Positions 8,912-19,600 of a stretch of DNA of 64,000 bases are shown one piece after another. The DNA comes from a virus. A model generated the notes under the pieces. That model did not search any database. It saw only the letters and a program-made list of their open reading frames with translations, and was not told the DNA's origin. Each line of letters opens with the position of its first letter. The stretch's first letter is position 1. Position numbers and translations under genes: made by a program. Location of the stretch: the IMG/VR virus record IMGVR_UViG_3300025849_002201. One strand, written 5' to 3'.

Positions 8912-10516
8912 TTATCCGGCGAAAGGCAAGTTCTGTTGTTCGTTCCTTAACTTAAACACACCGTTGATAACTTTTAATCCATTTTTAGCAACATCAACAA
9001 TTCCTTTATTATACGGATTAAACAAGTATCTGTTAGGTCCGTTTAATAAACTAAATGAATTAGTATAATCGTCGTCTAAACCAGTATCATTTAGCTTTGC
9101 AGTTTGTGCATTATTGATAGCCCAGTCTTGTACTTGTTGAGGAGTACGACCAGGATATGCTTGTAAATACAATGCTGCGGCGCCAGCAACTTGTGGAGAC
9201 GCCATGCTTGTACCGCTGATGCTCATGCATCTATATGTTTCATTTAACGGATAGTTAAGCGACAATATTCCAAATTTGTTTATAGTAGAAGTTGTACTCA
9301 TAATGCCGGTACCCGGTGCAAGAATATTTACTCCTGGGCCATGTTCGCTTGAAACAGCACGGATCTCTCCACCTGCTACATTGTCATCAACGTTTCCTAC
9401 TATCATAGCACGATCACTAAATGGCGAGCCGCCTCTGTGATAGTAAACATTTCCGTTGGTACTTGACGTGTAAAAATTATCATAATCTACGCCGCCAGGA
9501 ACGTCAATCTTTTGATATGAATTACCTGCTGCGATGCATACAAATATTCCTTCATCAATCATTTCTTCAACGTCAACGTCTACTGATGCTACTCTTACAA
9601 CGTGTCTATATCCAGTACCGTTAAATGATCCGACCATACCTTTTGTAGTATCTCTAGCAGTTCCGGTCCACGGAGTACCTCTGTAGGTGCCTCCTGTTAT
9701 ATTAGAAAATATAGTACCATATCCCCAACTCATATTAACAATTGTTGGTCTTTTCTTGCCAGTAACATCGTCTACTAGTTTGTTTCTATGCCATAGTTTA
9801 ATAACATCAAACACATCACTAATAGGAATGCCTGTACCTGAATCACCGGGGCCTTCTAAGCCATTGACTTTAACACTATAGATCTGTGCGTTCTTTGCCC
9901 AACCATAGTTTGTTCCAGCAGCTATTCCGGCGCAATGTGTTCCGTGACCGTCATAATCTCTATAATGGTTTGCATTTTGTACACCAACTACGCCGCTTTG
10001 CTGATACCAATCAATAAGTTGTACACGACTGTTGCCTTTAGCATCATTAAATTCAGGATGTGAATATTCTATCCCACTGTCCTGAATAACAATGTCAACT
10101 CCACTTCCATCTAAATTGTAAGTATGATTAAACCCTGCTGGCACTGCTGTACTAGTATACGGATTATCTTGCTGATCACAACGTAATAGTCCCCAGTTTG
10201 CTCTTAGCGGATTAGAAGTAGAACCTGTTCTATCCATCGAAGCACCGCTTTGTACAACGTTAAGGCCAATTTGAATGTCGTCACGCTGTTCCGGCGGTAT
10301 CTCTACTGCTAATACTCTACTATCGTTGCGCAATGCTGCTGCTTCTTCAACAGTTAAAGCATAATGAGTGTTACGTAGAGATCCTGGTCTTGCATTTGCA
10401 ACATCAATTGACCTACTTGGAATGTCTCCTGCACCTGTTGATGCAATCATTTCTGTGTTAAAGGCATCGTAATCAACTCCTTTATTGAGTGTTACGATAT
10501 ATTCTTTTTCAGCCAT
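8912..10516 (-). CDS. Subtilase (S8) serine protease
   Basis: Catalytic triad motifs VIQDSG, HGTHCAG, SGTSMASPQVAG. Confidence 0.9.
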   Translation of the reverse strand: MAEKEYIVTLNKGVDYDAFNTEMIASTGAGDIPSRSIDVANARPGSLRNTHYALTVEEAAALRNDSRVLAVEIPPEQRDDIQIGLNVVQSGASMDRTGSTSNPLRANWGLLRCDQQDNPYTSTAVPAGFNHTYNLDGSGVDIVIQDSGIEYSHPEFNDAKGNSRVQLIDWYQQSGVVGVQNANHYRDYDGHGTHCAGIAAGTNYGWAKNAQIYSVKVNGLEGPGDSGTGIPISDVFDVIKLWHRNKLVDDVTGKKRPTIVNMSWGYGTIFSNITGGTYRGTPWTGTARDTTKGMVGSFNGTGYRHVVRVASVDVDVEEMIDEGIFVCIAAGNSYQKIDVPGGVDYDNFYTSSTNGNVYYHRGGSPFSDRAMIVGNVDDNVAGGEIRAVSSEHGPGVNILAPGTGIMSTTSTINKFGILSLNYPLNETYRCMSISGTSMASPQVAGAAALYLQAYPGRTPQQVQDWAINNAQTAKLNDTGLDDDYTNSFSLLNGPNRYLFNPYNKGIVDVAKNGLKVINGVFKLRNEQQNLPFAG

Positions 10517-10529
10517 TCTATTTTCCCTA

Positions 10530-12797
10530 TTAAGCTACTGTAATTGTTCCGAACATTGCACCACCGTGGTTAGTACATACATAGTAAAGTGTTGCCGGAG
10601 CGTCCATTGGAACTGTCCAAACGTATACACCTTCGTTGTCGCCACTTGTGCCTGTTGTGTATAAATCACCTGCTGAGTAACCTGCTACACCCGGATCAAC
10701 TGTTTGCAAATTAAACGGATGTGTTGCGCCGTTTGCACTATTATCAAATACATATGTATGGCCGCGATATACAGTAAATGCTGGATCACTTACAGTTCCA
10801 GCAAAACCTGGACCAGTAAATGTAAAGTCTGAAGTTCCGTTAGCGCCAAGTACCCATCCAAGTGTTGGACTCATCATAGGCATCCACATACCTGCTGTAT
10901 ATACATGCGGCTGTGGCAATGTAGCATCTGAAACAAATGCAGTATCGCCCTCGGCTGCTATAAATTCTGCTTGTAATCCTGCAAGTCCATATTCACCTAA
11001 ACTAAACAGTCCGTCGATAATATTTACTTGTCCATTAGGTACAGCTATTTCTAAATTTGTTTCTGACTCTAAGCGTGGAACTCCTGCACCAGATGTATTA
11101 ATAGTAGTTGCATCAACTTCAGCAACAGTTAGCCTTCCGTCAATACTAACATCGCTTGAGAAGTCAGTTGCTTGTACAATAGTAATGTTACTACTGTCAG
11201 ATGTTTGTATCGAACTACCTACAATGTCAAGTCCACTAATCGCTACCGAACCACCTGCTAGACTTTGAATACCAACAGTGCCTGATCCTGCGTTAATATT
11301 AACGTTGCCATTAACAGAACTAATTGCAAGACCTTGTCCACTAGTTTCTTCTTGAATATCTGAAACTAATACTGCACCAGTAAATGTTGTTTGTGTTGCA
11401 CTAATAGTTGTATTGGTAGCAGTTTCAAAGAAGTTAGTGTCAACGTAACCTTTAGTTGCTGCATGCAATGCTAGTGTTGGATCACCTGATAGTGTTAACG
11501 CTCCAAGCATTGGAATAGCACCACTTGTTGGAAGTTTTGTATTGTCTTCAATAACAATGTTTGTACTACCATTAAACGCAACACCGTTAATTGTTCTCGG
11601 AGTAGCTAGTGTTTGTGCTGTAGTTGCAGCAATGTTACCAGTTGCAGTTAAGTTTCCGCCTACTGTTAAGTTACCTGTTGTAACAGTACCAAATGTTACT
11701 GCTGTAGTTGTTAATGTAGCGCCTGATAAATCAACAGTTCCAGTAATCACTAACGGATTTAATGTTGTTGATAGTGTTGTACTTGCGCCGTCGTCTAATA
11801 AATTAAAATCTTGTCCTACAAGTTCAAGGTTGCCGCCGAGCGCACTAATAGTTAAATCTGGACCTCCGTTGATTGTAGCTACATTAAGAATTTGACCAGC
11901 ATTTAGTGTGTTAATAGTTGAGTTGTTAAAATTACCTTCTACAGCACTAACGACATTATTAACGCCGTCAACGATCACAGTACTATCATCACCGAACACA
12001 CTACCTACCATGTCGCCTTCTAGTTCGCCAAGTAGTAGACCTTCAAACGTACCAAAAATCGTAACACCGTCGTCGAGTGTTTGTGTTGCATCAATTACTA
12101 TAGTTGTACCGTCATTAGCATAAACTGTGTTAAGCGTTGCGTTACCAGTTAAGTTACCTGTGACATTACCAGTTAAGTTGTTTACTAGTGTTCCTTCGAT
12201 TACATCTGCAGGAATTGATGAATTCATACTATCAACTAGTAGTGTATCGTCAAAGCCTATAACGTCACCTTTTAGGGAACCAGTTGAGCCTCCGCCGTCT
12301 GCAACAAACTCTATATTGCCGCCTTCTACAGTAACACTACCAGTTAAAACAGATCCTGCAATTACCGACAACCAAGCTGCGCCATCGCCGCCTAGTGTGT
12401 ATGTTAAATTAGTTGCTGGAAGAATATTACTTGCAACACCGCCTGCAAAGTTAATGGCATCATTTGCATCGCCTGTTCCAATGTTAATACTTCCGGAAAG
12501 TGTAATATCACCTGTAATGTCAATATTACCTGTACCAACTATATCGTGTCCTCTAAGATGCAAGTCACCGTCTAGGAAAGGATCATTTGGTGCAAGTTGT
12601 GCTTCTGAATAAAAAGGATCAGTTGGTGGAACACTTAGTCCAGCAACAACGCCGCCTCCTGATGCAGGATTTCCCCCCGGGGTAATACCATCCCCAACAA
12701 ATATTTGTTTGTTGTCGATAGTATATATTAATTCACCGGTCTGTGGGGTATAGACTAGTCTCTCTGCCTCTGTACCCCTTTTAAGTTTTAGTGCCAT
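10530..12797 (-). CDS. Tail fibre protein
   Basis: Mtd-like N-terminus (LKRGT...GEL.Y..D), PRTINGVAF repeat, cupredoxin-like C-terminus (LYYVCTNH). Confidence 0.75.
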   Translation of the reverse strand: MALKLKRGTEAERLVYTPQTGELIYTIDNKQIFVGDGITPGGNPASGGGVVAGLSVPPTDPFYSEAQLAPNDPFLDGDLHLRGHDIVGTGNIDITGDITLSGSINIGTGDANDAINFAGGVASNILPATNLTYTLGGDGAAWLSVIAGSVLTGSVTVEGGNIEFVADGGGSTGSLKGDVIGFDDTLLVDSMNSSIPADVIEGTLVNNLTGNVTGNLTGNATLNTVYANDGTTIVIDATQTLDDGVTIFGTFEGLLLGELEGDMVGSVFGDDSTVIVDGVNNVVSAVEGNFNNSTINTLNAGQILNVATINGGPDLTISALGGNLELVGQDFNLLDDGASTTLSTTLNPLVITGTVDLSGATLTTTAVTFGTVTTGNLTVGGNLTATGNIAATTAQTLATPRTINGVAFNGSTNIVIEDNTKLPTSGAIPMLGALTLSGDPTLALHAATKGYVDTNFFETATNTTISATQTTFTGAVLVSDIQEETSGQGLAISSVNGNVNINAGSGTVGIQSLAGGSVAISGLDIVGSSIQTSDSSNITIVQATDFSSDVSIDGRLTVAEVDATTINTSGAGVPRLESETNLEIAVPNGQVNIIDGLFSLGEYGLAGLQAEFIAAEGDTAFVSDATLPQPHVYTAGMWMPMMSPTLGWVLGANGTSDFTFTGPGFAGTVSDPAFTVYRGHTYVFDNSANGATHPFNLQTVDPGVAGYSAGDLYTTGTSGDNEGVYVWTVPMDAPATLYYVCTNHGGAMFGTITVA

Positions 12798-13122
12798 TTT
12801 TATTTCTCCGTATCTGGTAATATCAACTGTTCTATGTATTTATTTAAATCCGTTAAGGTCCAGCATATGTGCCAAAGGTACCAAAGTCAGGTCCTGTAAC
12901 ATCTGCTTGCCCGAGTAGTCCTTGATCAATGTCAATTGTTGACAATAGATATGGAATGACAGAAGTAAATTGTCCGTTTATTGCGCCGAAATCAAAACTT
13001 GTTAGCGCACTCTCAAGTTCTCTAACATCAATATTATGTACTAAGCCTGTAACATTTCCTGTTAATGCTGCAAATATATTTGTTGCTGTAATATCACCTG
13101 TAATGTCAATATTACCTGTACC
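12501..13122. repeat. Perfect 36-nt direct repeat (12501-12536 and 13087-13122) shared by two adjacent fibre genes
   Basis: tgtaatatcacctgtaatgtcaatattacctgtacc occurs in both. Encodes GTGNIDITGDIT. Confidence 0.9.
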
Positions 13123-13599
13123 GTTGATGTCGTTATTGTTTAGATCTAAATTTCCAGCCAATGTGGGAGTCGGATCTTGACTTAGTCCTAATTCTGTTGC
13201 AGTACTATCGATTGTAATTGTATTATTACTAACTGTAGCACTTATGTTTGTTCCGCCTGCGATAGTAAATGTATCAACACCTACTTGAACAGTATCGGTG
13301 TTAGTGCCATCTGATATTGTTAGGTCGCCAGCACTTACTGCTGTAACCACAACAGTGTCGCCGGTGCCGTCTAATGTAATACCACTGCCCGCTTCGATCT
13401 TTTTAAACTGTAAAACACCTTCTATTTTTTGTTTAAAAAGTCCCACTCCATTATTTCCAATATTTAGGGCCGTGTTATCTAGCCCTAAATTTTGTTCTAA
13501 AAAAGTAAAGTTTTCATTGATCTTGTCAAATGCGGTTCTGATATTATCGCCAGTGCCGTCATTAGCAATATTACCAATGTTTATTTGTCTAATAGCCAT
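12853..13599 (-). CDS. Tail fibre/baseplate-associated protein
   Basis: INIGNIANDGTGDNIRTAFDKINENF attachment-type N-terminus. Confidence 0.7.
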   Translation of the reverse strand: MAIRQINIGNIANDGTGDNIRTAFDKINENFTFLEQNLGLDNTALNIGNNGVGLFKQKIEGVLQFKKIEAGSGITLDGTGDTVVVTAVSAGDLTISDGTNTDTVQVGVDTFTIAGGTNISATVSNNTITIDSTATELGLSQDPTPTLAGNLDLNNNDINGTGNIDITGDITATNIFAALTGNVTGLVHNIDVRELESALTSFDFGAINGQFTSVIPYLLSTIDIDQGLLGQADVTGPDFGTFGTYAGP

Positions 13600-13615
13600 T
13601 TTTGCTCCTCATTAG

Positions 13616-13622
13616 TATTTAT
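13616..13622 (-). promoter_or_regulatory. T4-like late promoter core ATAAATA (representative)
   Basis: Same motif upstream of genes at 8909-8915, 12837-12843, 22186-22192, 55151-55157, 62084-62090. Resembles the T4 late consensus TATAAATA. Confidence 0.6.
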
Positions 13623-13629
13623 CAGTACC

Positions 13630-16600
13630 TTACAATCTACCTACTGCAACTTCAACAATGCCTCTTGCGTCATCGTCTTTGTTGCTAATAGCTTTACCAA
13701 TTACGCTGCCTGTTTTTGGATCATTGTTAACAATCGCAAATCCAGCAATGCCACTAGCAACTAGCATATCGCCTTTGCGCACTTTGCCTAGTACTTTACA
13801 TGGTACACGACCTTGAAGTGCAACCTCTGCTACAAACTCGCCTGCGCATTCGCTGTTCATAGAGTAAGCTGGATTAGTTGTAACAACACCTGCCATTCTA
13901 CGATCACCTGTAGTAGTAGTTGTTGTAACTTCTTCACTTCCGCCAAATACTAATACTGTGCCTGGTTCATACTCTGCATCAGCAACATATTTTTCTGCCA
14001 AGTCAGCATATGTAGCATCTAGTTTAGATCCTGCACTTAGACTCCAGTCACCTGTAATAGTGCCTGCTGTTGCTGCTGCACCAGTTGTTAGGTTAGCACC
14101 TTGGAATGTTCCTGCATAAACAGTTCCCCAGCCAGTAGTAGCATTACCAAGGTTAATTGAATTTACAGTTGGTAAAATACTAGTATCAACCTTAGCAACC
14201 ATACTAATCGTATCAGTTGCAGCGTTACCTAAGTCTGTGTTGCCGGATACAACTAAGTTTCCTGAGATACTTGCACTTGATAGTGATGCTGCTGCAAAGT
14301 TAACATTACCTACTGCACCGCTAATTACTTCACTTGAAATAGTTGCGTTAGGTATAAACTTAAACTGGCTAGCACTGTCGTCATAACCAAAGAATCCTAA
14401 TTTAGCTGTAGTACCATCATGCCAGCGATACAATATACCACGGTCTTTATTATCATCGGTCGCTGGTGCCGAATCTCCACCTAATGTAAATATTGGATCA
14501 TCGACTGTAACAACTGTTGAGTTGAATGTAGTTGTTGTACCATTAACTGTTAGGTTGCCCGCAACTGTTAGGTTGTCGTCAATTTTAACACCATAGTTGC
14601 CTAGTGTGCCTGTATCAGTTGTGTCTCTTGATTTAATTACTAGCTCGTTACTACTTGCACTTGTAATTAAATCTGAACTTAGTCGCAAGTCGCCTGCATC
14701 TACAGTTACACCTGTTACTTTACCATTTGAGCCTGTTAATGATGCAGTAACGTTTGTACCGTTAGTAGCTTGTAGTGTAGACCCTGTCAGTGTATTAATA
14801 CCAAACAAGTTTCCGCCGTCTGCTCTGATAACAACGTTGTTGTCAAAATCACGAATGTTAAGGACATACGGATCGCCAGCAGTGCCAGCTCCTGCTCTTT
14901 CTAGTACTGTTTGGCCAATAATTCTATAAGCTACTGCATTTATTCTACCGTTGGTGTCTGTTTTAACAATGTGTGCTGTTGCTGCTGCTTGACCATCATC
15001 GATGATTTCAACGCCATAGTCTGCTGTAATAGGAACTGCTGCGTTGCCACCGCCTGCTGCAACTGCCGCTGTGTGTGCAGTTCTTGAAACAAGACCTAAT
15101 GTAGTACCAGGAATGTCTGAATGTAGTAATCCGCCACCTTCGTCGACTACAGTGCCAAACGCTACTTCTGAAACAGCACCCGGTGTAGAAGTAGTGCCGC
15201 TTCTACCTAATACAGTATCAGTATTAATCCATTGCAGTTTCTCAGGTGCAAGACCATCTGAAGTACTTGTAGCAGTTTTGTATTGTACAAAGCCTTGTGC
15301 ATCTACATTAAAGTGTACACTACTGTAAGTGCTTAGTCCAAGTGCTGCCTGAATTTGTCTACTAGTTCCTGTTGGAGTAGATGCTCTATGATCTGCAACT
15401 TTCATTAACAATTTGCTTTGTTCGATATCTGCGCTATCGTTGACATCTGCATTTAAGATTACGTTATCTGTGATTTCCCAAATACTTGTGCCGCCAAAGT
15501 AAACTTCTACAACTGGCATAGTCGCGGTACCAAGTGCAACACTAACTGGTGTAGTTCCTACAGCATCGAATGGGAACGGTGGAACATCGTATGCTCCTGC
15601 TACAAGTGCTCCTCCTACTTCTCTAATTTTGATACTAGTTATACTACCATTAATATCAACACCAGTGACTTCAAGTTGTGTCGCTGGATATATATTTCCT
15701 TCAGGATCATTAGTACGTGTTCCACCGGTTAATTGAATAATATCGCCTACGCTTAGATCTGCGCCTGCATTACCTAGTTTAACAGCAACACTTCTTGCGG
15801 CAAATTTAAAGTCGTTGAATACATCGCCTGTTGAGTTAGTTCCAAATGATATCGGAAACGCTTCCTCTCCAGGGAACAAGTTAACTCGTCCTGTTGCAAT
15901 AGATGTGTCTGGATTTGTAACTGTAAAGCTATCGCCAACTTGCGGCAATGATAGTACACTATCTGGAATAAATCGTATACGTGGGTTAGACCCTGCTAAG
16001 TCGAGTAACTGTGCAAACGTGCCTGTTGCTCCGCTAGTAAATGTAATGACACCGTCTGCCACAGGACTACCTGATGAGTAGAATGTGTCAATCGGAACTT
16101 CGTAAACACCACTAAACATTAGTGTGTCACCTGAAGCAGATGTCAATGTTTCAACATCATACAAGTTACTTAACTGCTGGGCAACACGAACTAGTCCGTC
16201 AACATAAATTTTAGTTGATGCATCTTGCTCGTTAATTGGGTTGCGCAAGTTAATAGCAGTATACGAGTCGGTAAAGTTCAAGTCACCTTCTAGTGGTGTT
16301 GATCCGTTTAGCGACACAAACCCTGGTCCTACACGCTGATTTGCAACAACACGACCTGATGCTGTTCCTAAGTCGCCGTGGATAATACCTAAACGTTTGT
16401 CAATGTACTGTCTTGTAGCAAACTCTGTTGGAACTGCGTCCGGTGCATTGTCTGTAAATTCTTCATCAACGGAGAATTCTTTAACTTCAACACCTCTACT
16501 AAACTGTAGTCCGTTAACGTTAGATAGTGCTAGTCGAGCATTGAATGTAATCTCACCAGTACCTTGGTCAATCTTAAAGAACTCACCAACTCTAAAGTTA

Positions 16601-19600
16601 CCGTCTTGGTCAGTACTTGTGTAGAATGTACGTCCGCCATCTGACTCATCTGTTTCTCTAGTGAAAGAAGGTTGTTTAGGTTCACCGTAAACTGCATTAG
16701 GATAGTTAGTAGTGTTATATGAACCTGTACCAACATCAGCAAAGTCGTGGTTTGTAGCACGTAAGTTAGAAATACGTCTTGTAATTGTAGCCTTCTCACC
16801 CTGTGAAATACCTGCAATTAGAATTGTACGTTCATCTTCATCTGAACTTATTCTATGTACACCTAAGTTAATACCAGTAGTTGAACCAGGATTCAAATCG
16901 TTATCGTAATCGTTGTTGTTGATTGCAATGTACGGCCAACCTGTTACATCAGATCCGTCTTCGCCTGCGCCAGTGTAGTAGTTATTAACTTTGTGCAATT
17001 CGCCATTCCAGGCAAATATCATTTGACCACGTTTTAGTCGAGTAATGTCTCTGCTACTAAGAGTATCTTCTTGTATAGCAATCTTGACATCTCCTGATTT
17101 AGAACCGTATGTTCTAGTTCCTACAACTAAGTCAGTAACTTGTGCATTTGTATTGTCTACTGGTAGTTTAACAAAGCTGTATGAACTTTGTAGTGTAATT
17201 TGTGCAGCACTTGATCCAACAGCAGTTCCTAATGCATCATTACTTGCATAATCAATAGTATTGTATCCGATATCTGCTTCGTTAAAGTTAAGTGCATTTG
17301 CTTTCTTAATTGGTCTTGGTGCTGCAACATCGGTAAACACAAAGTTACGAATTGATCTAATTGTTACTAGTTCGTCAGTTGTTAACGGATGCGCTAGTCC
17401 AAACTGTTCAGACCCATCTGTTCCTGTTCCACCGAAGTTAATTTTAAGAACATTTTCATTTCTTGCTGCACCTGGAACACTATCACTAGTTGCTGCAATG
17501 CTGTTAATTTCATAGTAGCGAACATCTCTTGCAAACACAATATCAAATGTTGCTGCTCCGGTATTTACAGCTAGTCCAGTTATTGGTGTAACATCGTTAA
17601 CCCATCCTGTGATGCTATTAGCATTTCCACTAATAACTACTGCATTAATAATTTCACCACTTCCGCCGACTGCTGTTACTTGAAGTTGCACTACAGTATT
17701 AGTGCTTGATCCACCTGGCAATGTAACGTCTAAGATTTCTGCTACAGAATATCCTGTACCTGCATTGTTAACAGTTACTTTCTTAGGTAACAGAGCACGT
17801 TCGTGTCTTACTTCGATGATAGAGTACTGTGGTGGAACATACTTGTAATCATAGATGTACATAGCTTGTTCACCAACTGCGCTTACTTGTGAAACTTTAG
17901 CAGTTTGAATCATGTCATCACGAAGTCTGATACTATCTGGAATTTCATCAGGGTCAACGCCTCTTGATACTAATCCCCAGTCACCGTAGATACTAGATCC
18001 GTTAAGTGAACGAATTTCACCGCCATTGCCTGCATAATATGATCTATGACAGTAATATGTAAACACTGATACAAGTTCGCAAAGTGCGTTGTTGGTTACA
18101 TATACTCCGTATGCTAAATCGTTAACTTGTGTAAAGTCGTTAGCTAGAATAGATCTGTTACCAGCTGTTTCAATTATTACATTTGCTGGCTCAAAAGTAT
18201 CAGCAGTTGTTCTATCACCTACTAAACTATAAGATGCTTCGAACGGAGCTGCTTGTTCGCCATTTGTAATAATATCAATAATATATGCAATGTTGTCTTG
18301 CACAATGTTTAGTGCGCCTGCTTCAGTCTGTATTCCACCGTCAAACGTTTGTGTTGCCGAAGAGTATGTTGTTGCTGGTGCTGTTTGTCCTAATACATTA
18401 ACTGCTAGAGTCGAAATGTACTGAATGCCTGCACTAGTTTCAGCTAATTGATCTGTAATTGCTTTTAATGCACTTACGTTATCATAGTAAGACAATCCTG
18501 CTTCAACTGACTTTTCATAACTTTCGTTGTCTAAGTCTTCAATTAATGCATCAATAATATAACCAACGTCACGTCTACATAGTCCTTCGTTATATATAAA
18601 CAAAGGATATGTTGCATTTACATAGCCAATAACTTCGTCTTGAATAAATTCTTTGTTAAGTTGTAATAGACTTTTTGCATTTGGGTTTTGATCTGGTACA
18701 GTGCCAACTGTAATACCTGCATTAATAAAAGGTGTGTTAGAATCAAAAATTAACGTACAATCGCCTGTTGTGGTGTTGCGATTAATAATGTCGTTAACTT
18801 GATAACGCTTACCCTTTTTAACAATGATAGTTGGAAGTGAAGGGAATCGTTTAAAGCTACCACTTCTCTTGTCTCTTATTCTCGCAGCAACTTCGGTTGA
18901 AGTATTGCCGACACCTTGCGGATTTCCTGCACCTGCATCGTACATGTAACCTTCTAGGTTACTTACTTTACCGTCAATAAGAATACCACCAGCAAATCTC
19001 TGTGTGTCACCTAGCGAACGTGTAAACGATGCTGCTGTTTGTGTGTATGGCGATTTAGTTTGGATCTGTCCGTCTGGGTCAAGAACTTCCATGAAACCAC
19101 CATGATCTTGACAAGTAAATCCACTAATAAATGTTGCGTTGTTCATCAACAAGATGTCCATATCGCGGTTGTTTAGTGCAGGACTGTTAACGTCTTCTGG
19201 ATCTGATAGATAATGATAACCATATTCAACTGCATCGATACTGATAATATATGTTACAAGATCTGTTACAGTTTCAAAATCTCCTGCATAGTCTGCATAT
19301 TTTCTAACATTGTAATCTGGACCAATTTGGAATTCACCTTGACAAGCAATTAATGCAAACTCGTTAGAAGTGTCAGATGCTTGCACTACGCCTCTGGCGC
19401 CTGTCAAGTCTTGAATAACAACATCGCCTTGTGCTAATGTCTGTACGGTGTTAAAAGTAAGGTATTGTTTCTTTGTACCAGCGTTGCCGTCGTATGCTCT
19501 ATCTCTACGGAAGTATGTTTTAGCCCATGGAGATTTTGAAATTGCATCTTTCGGACGTAGAATAACACGTCTAAAGTGATCACCACTTACAGATACGTTT

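Noticed and set aside
12501-13122. Diversity-generating retroelement TR/VR pair
   Set aside because: The repeat is short and perfectly identical, with no adenine-specific mismatches, and there is no reverse transcriptase in the window.
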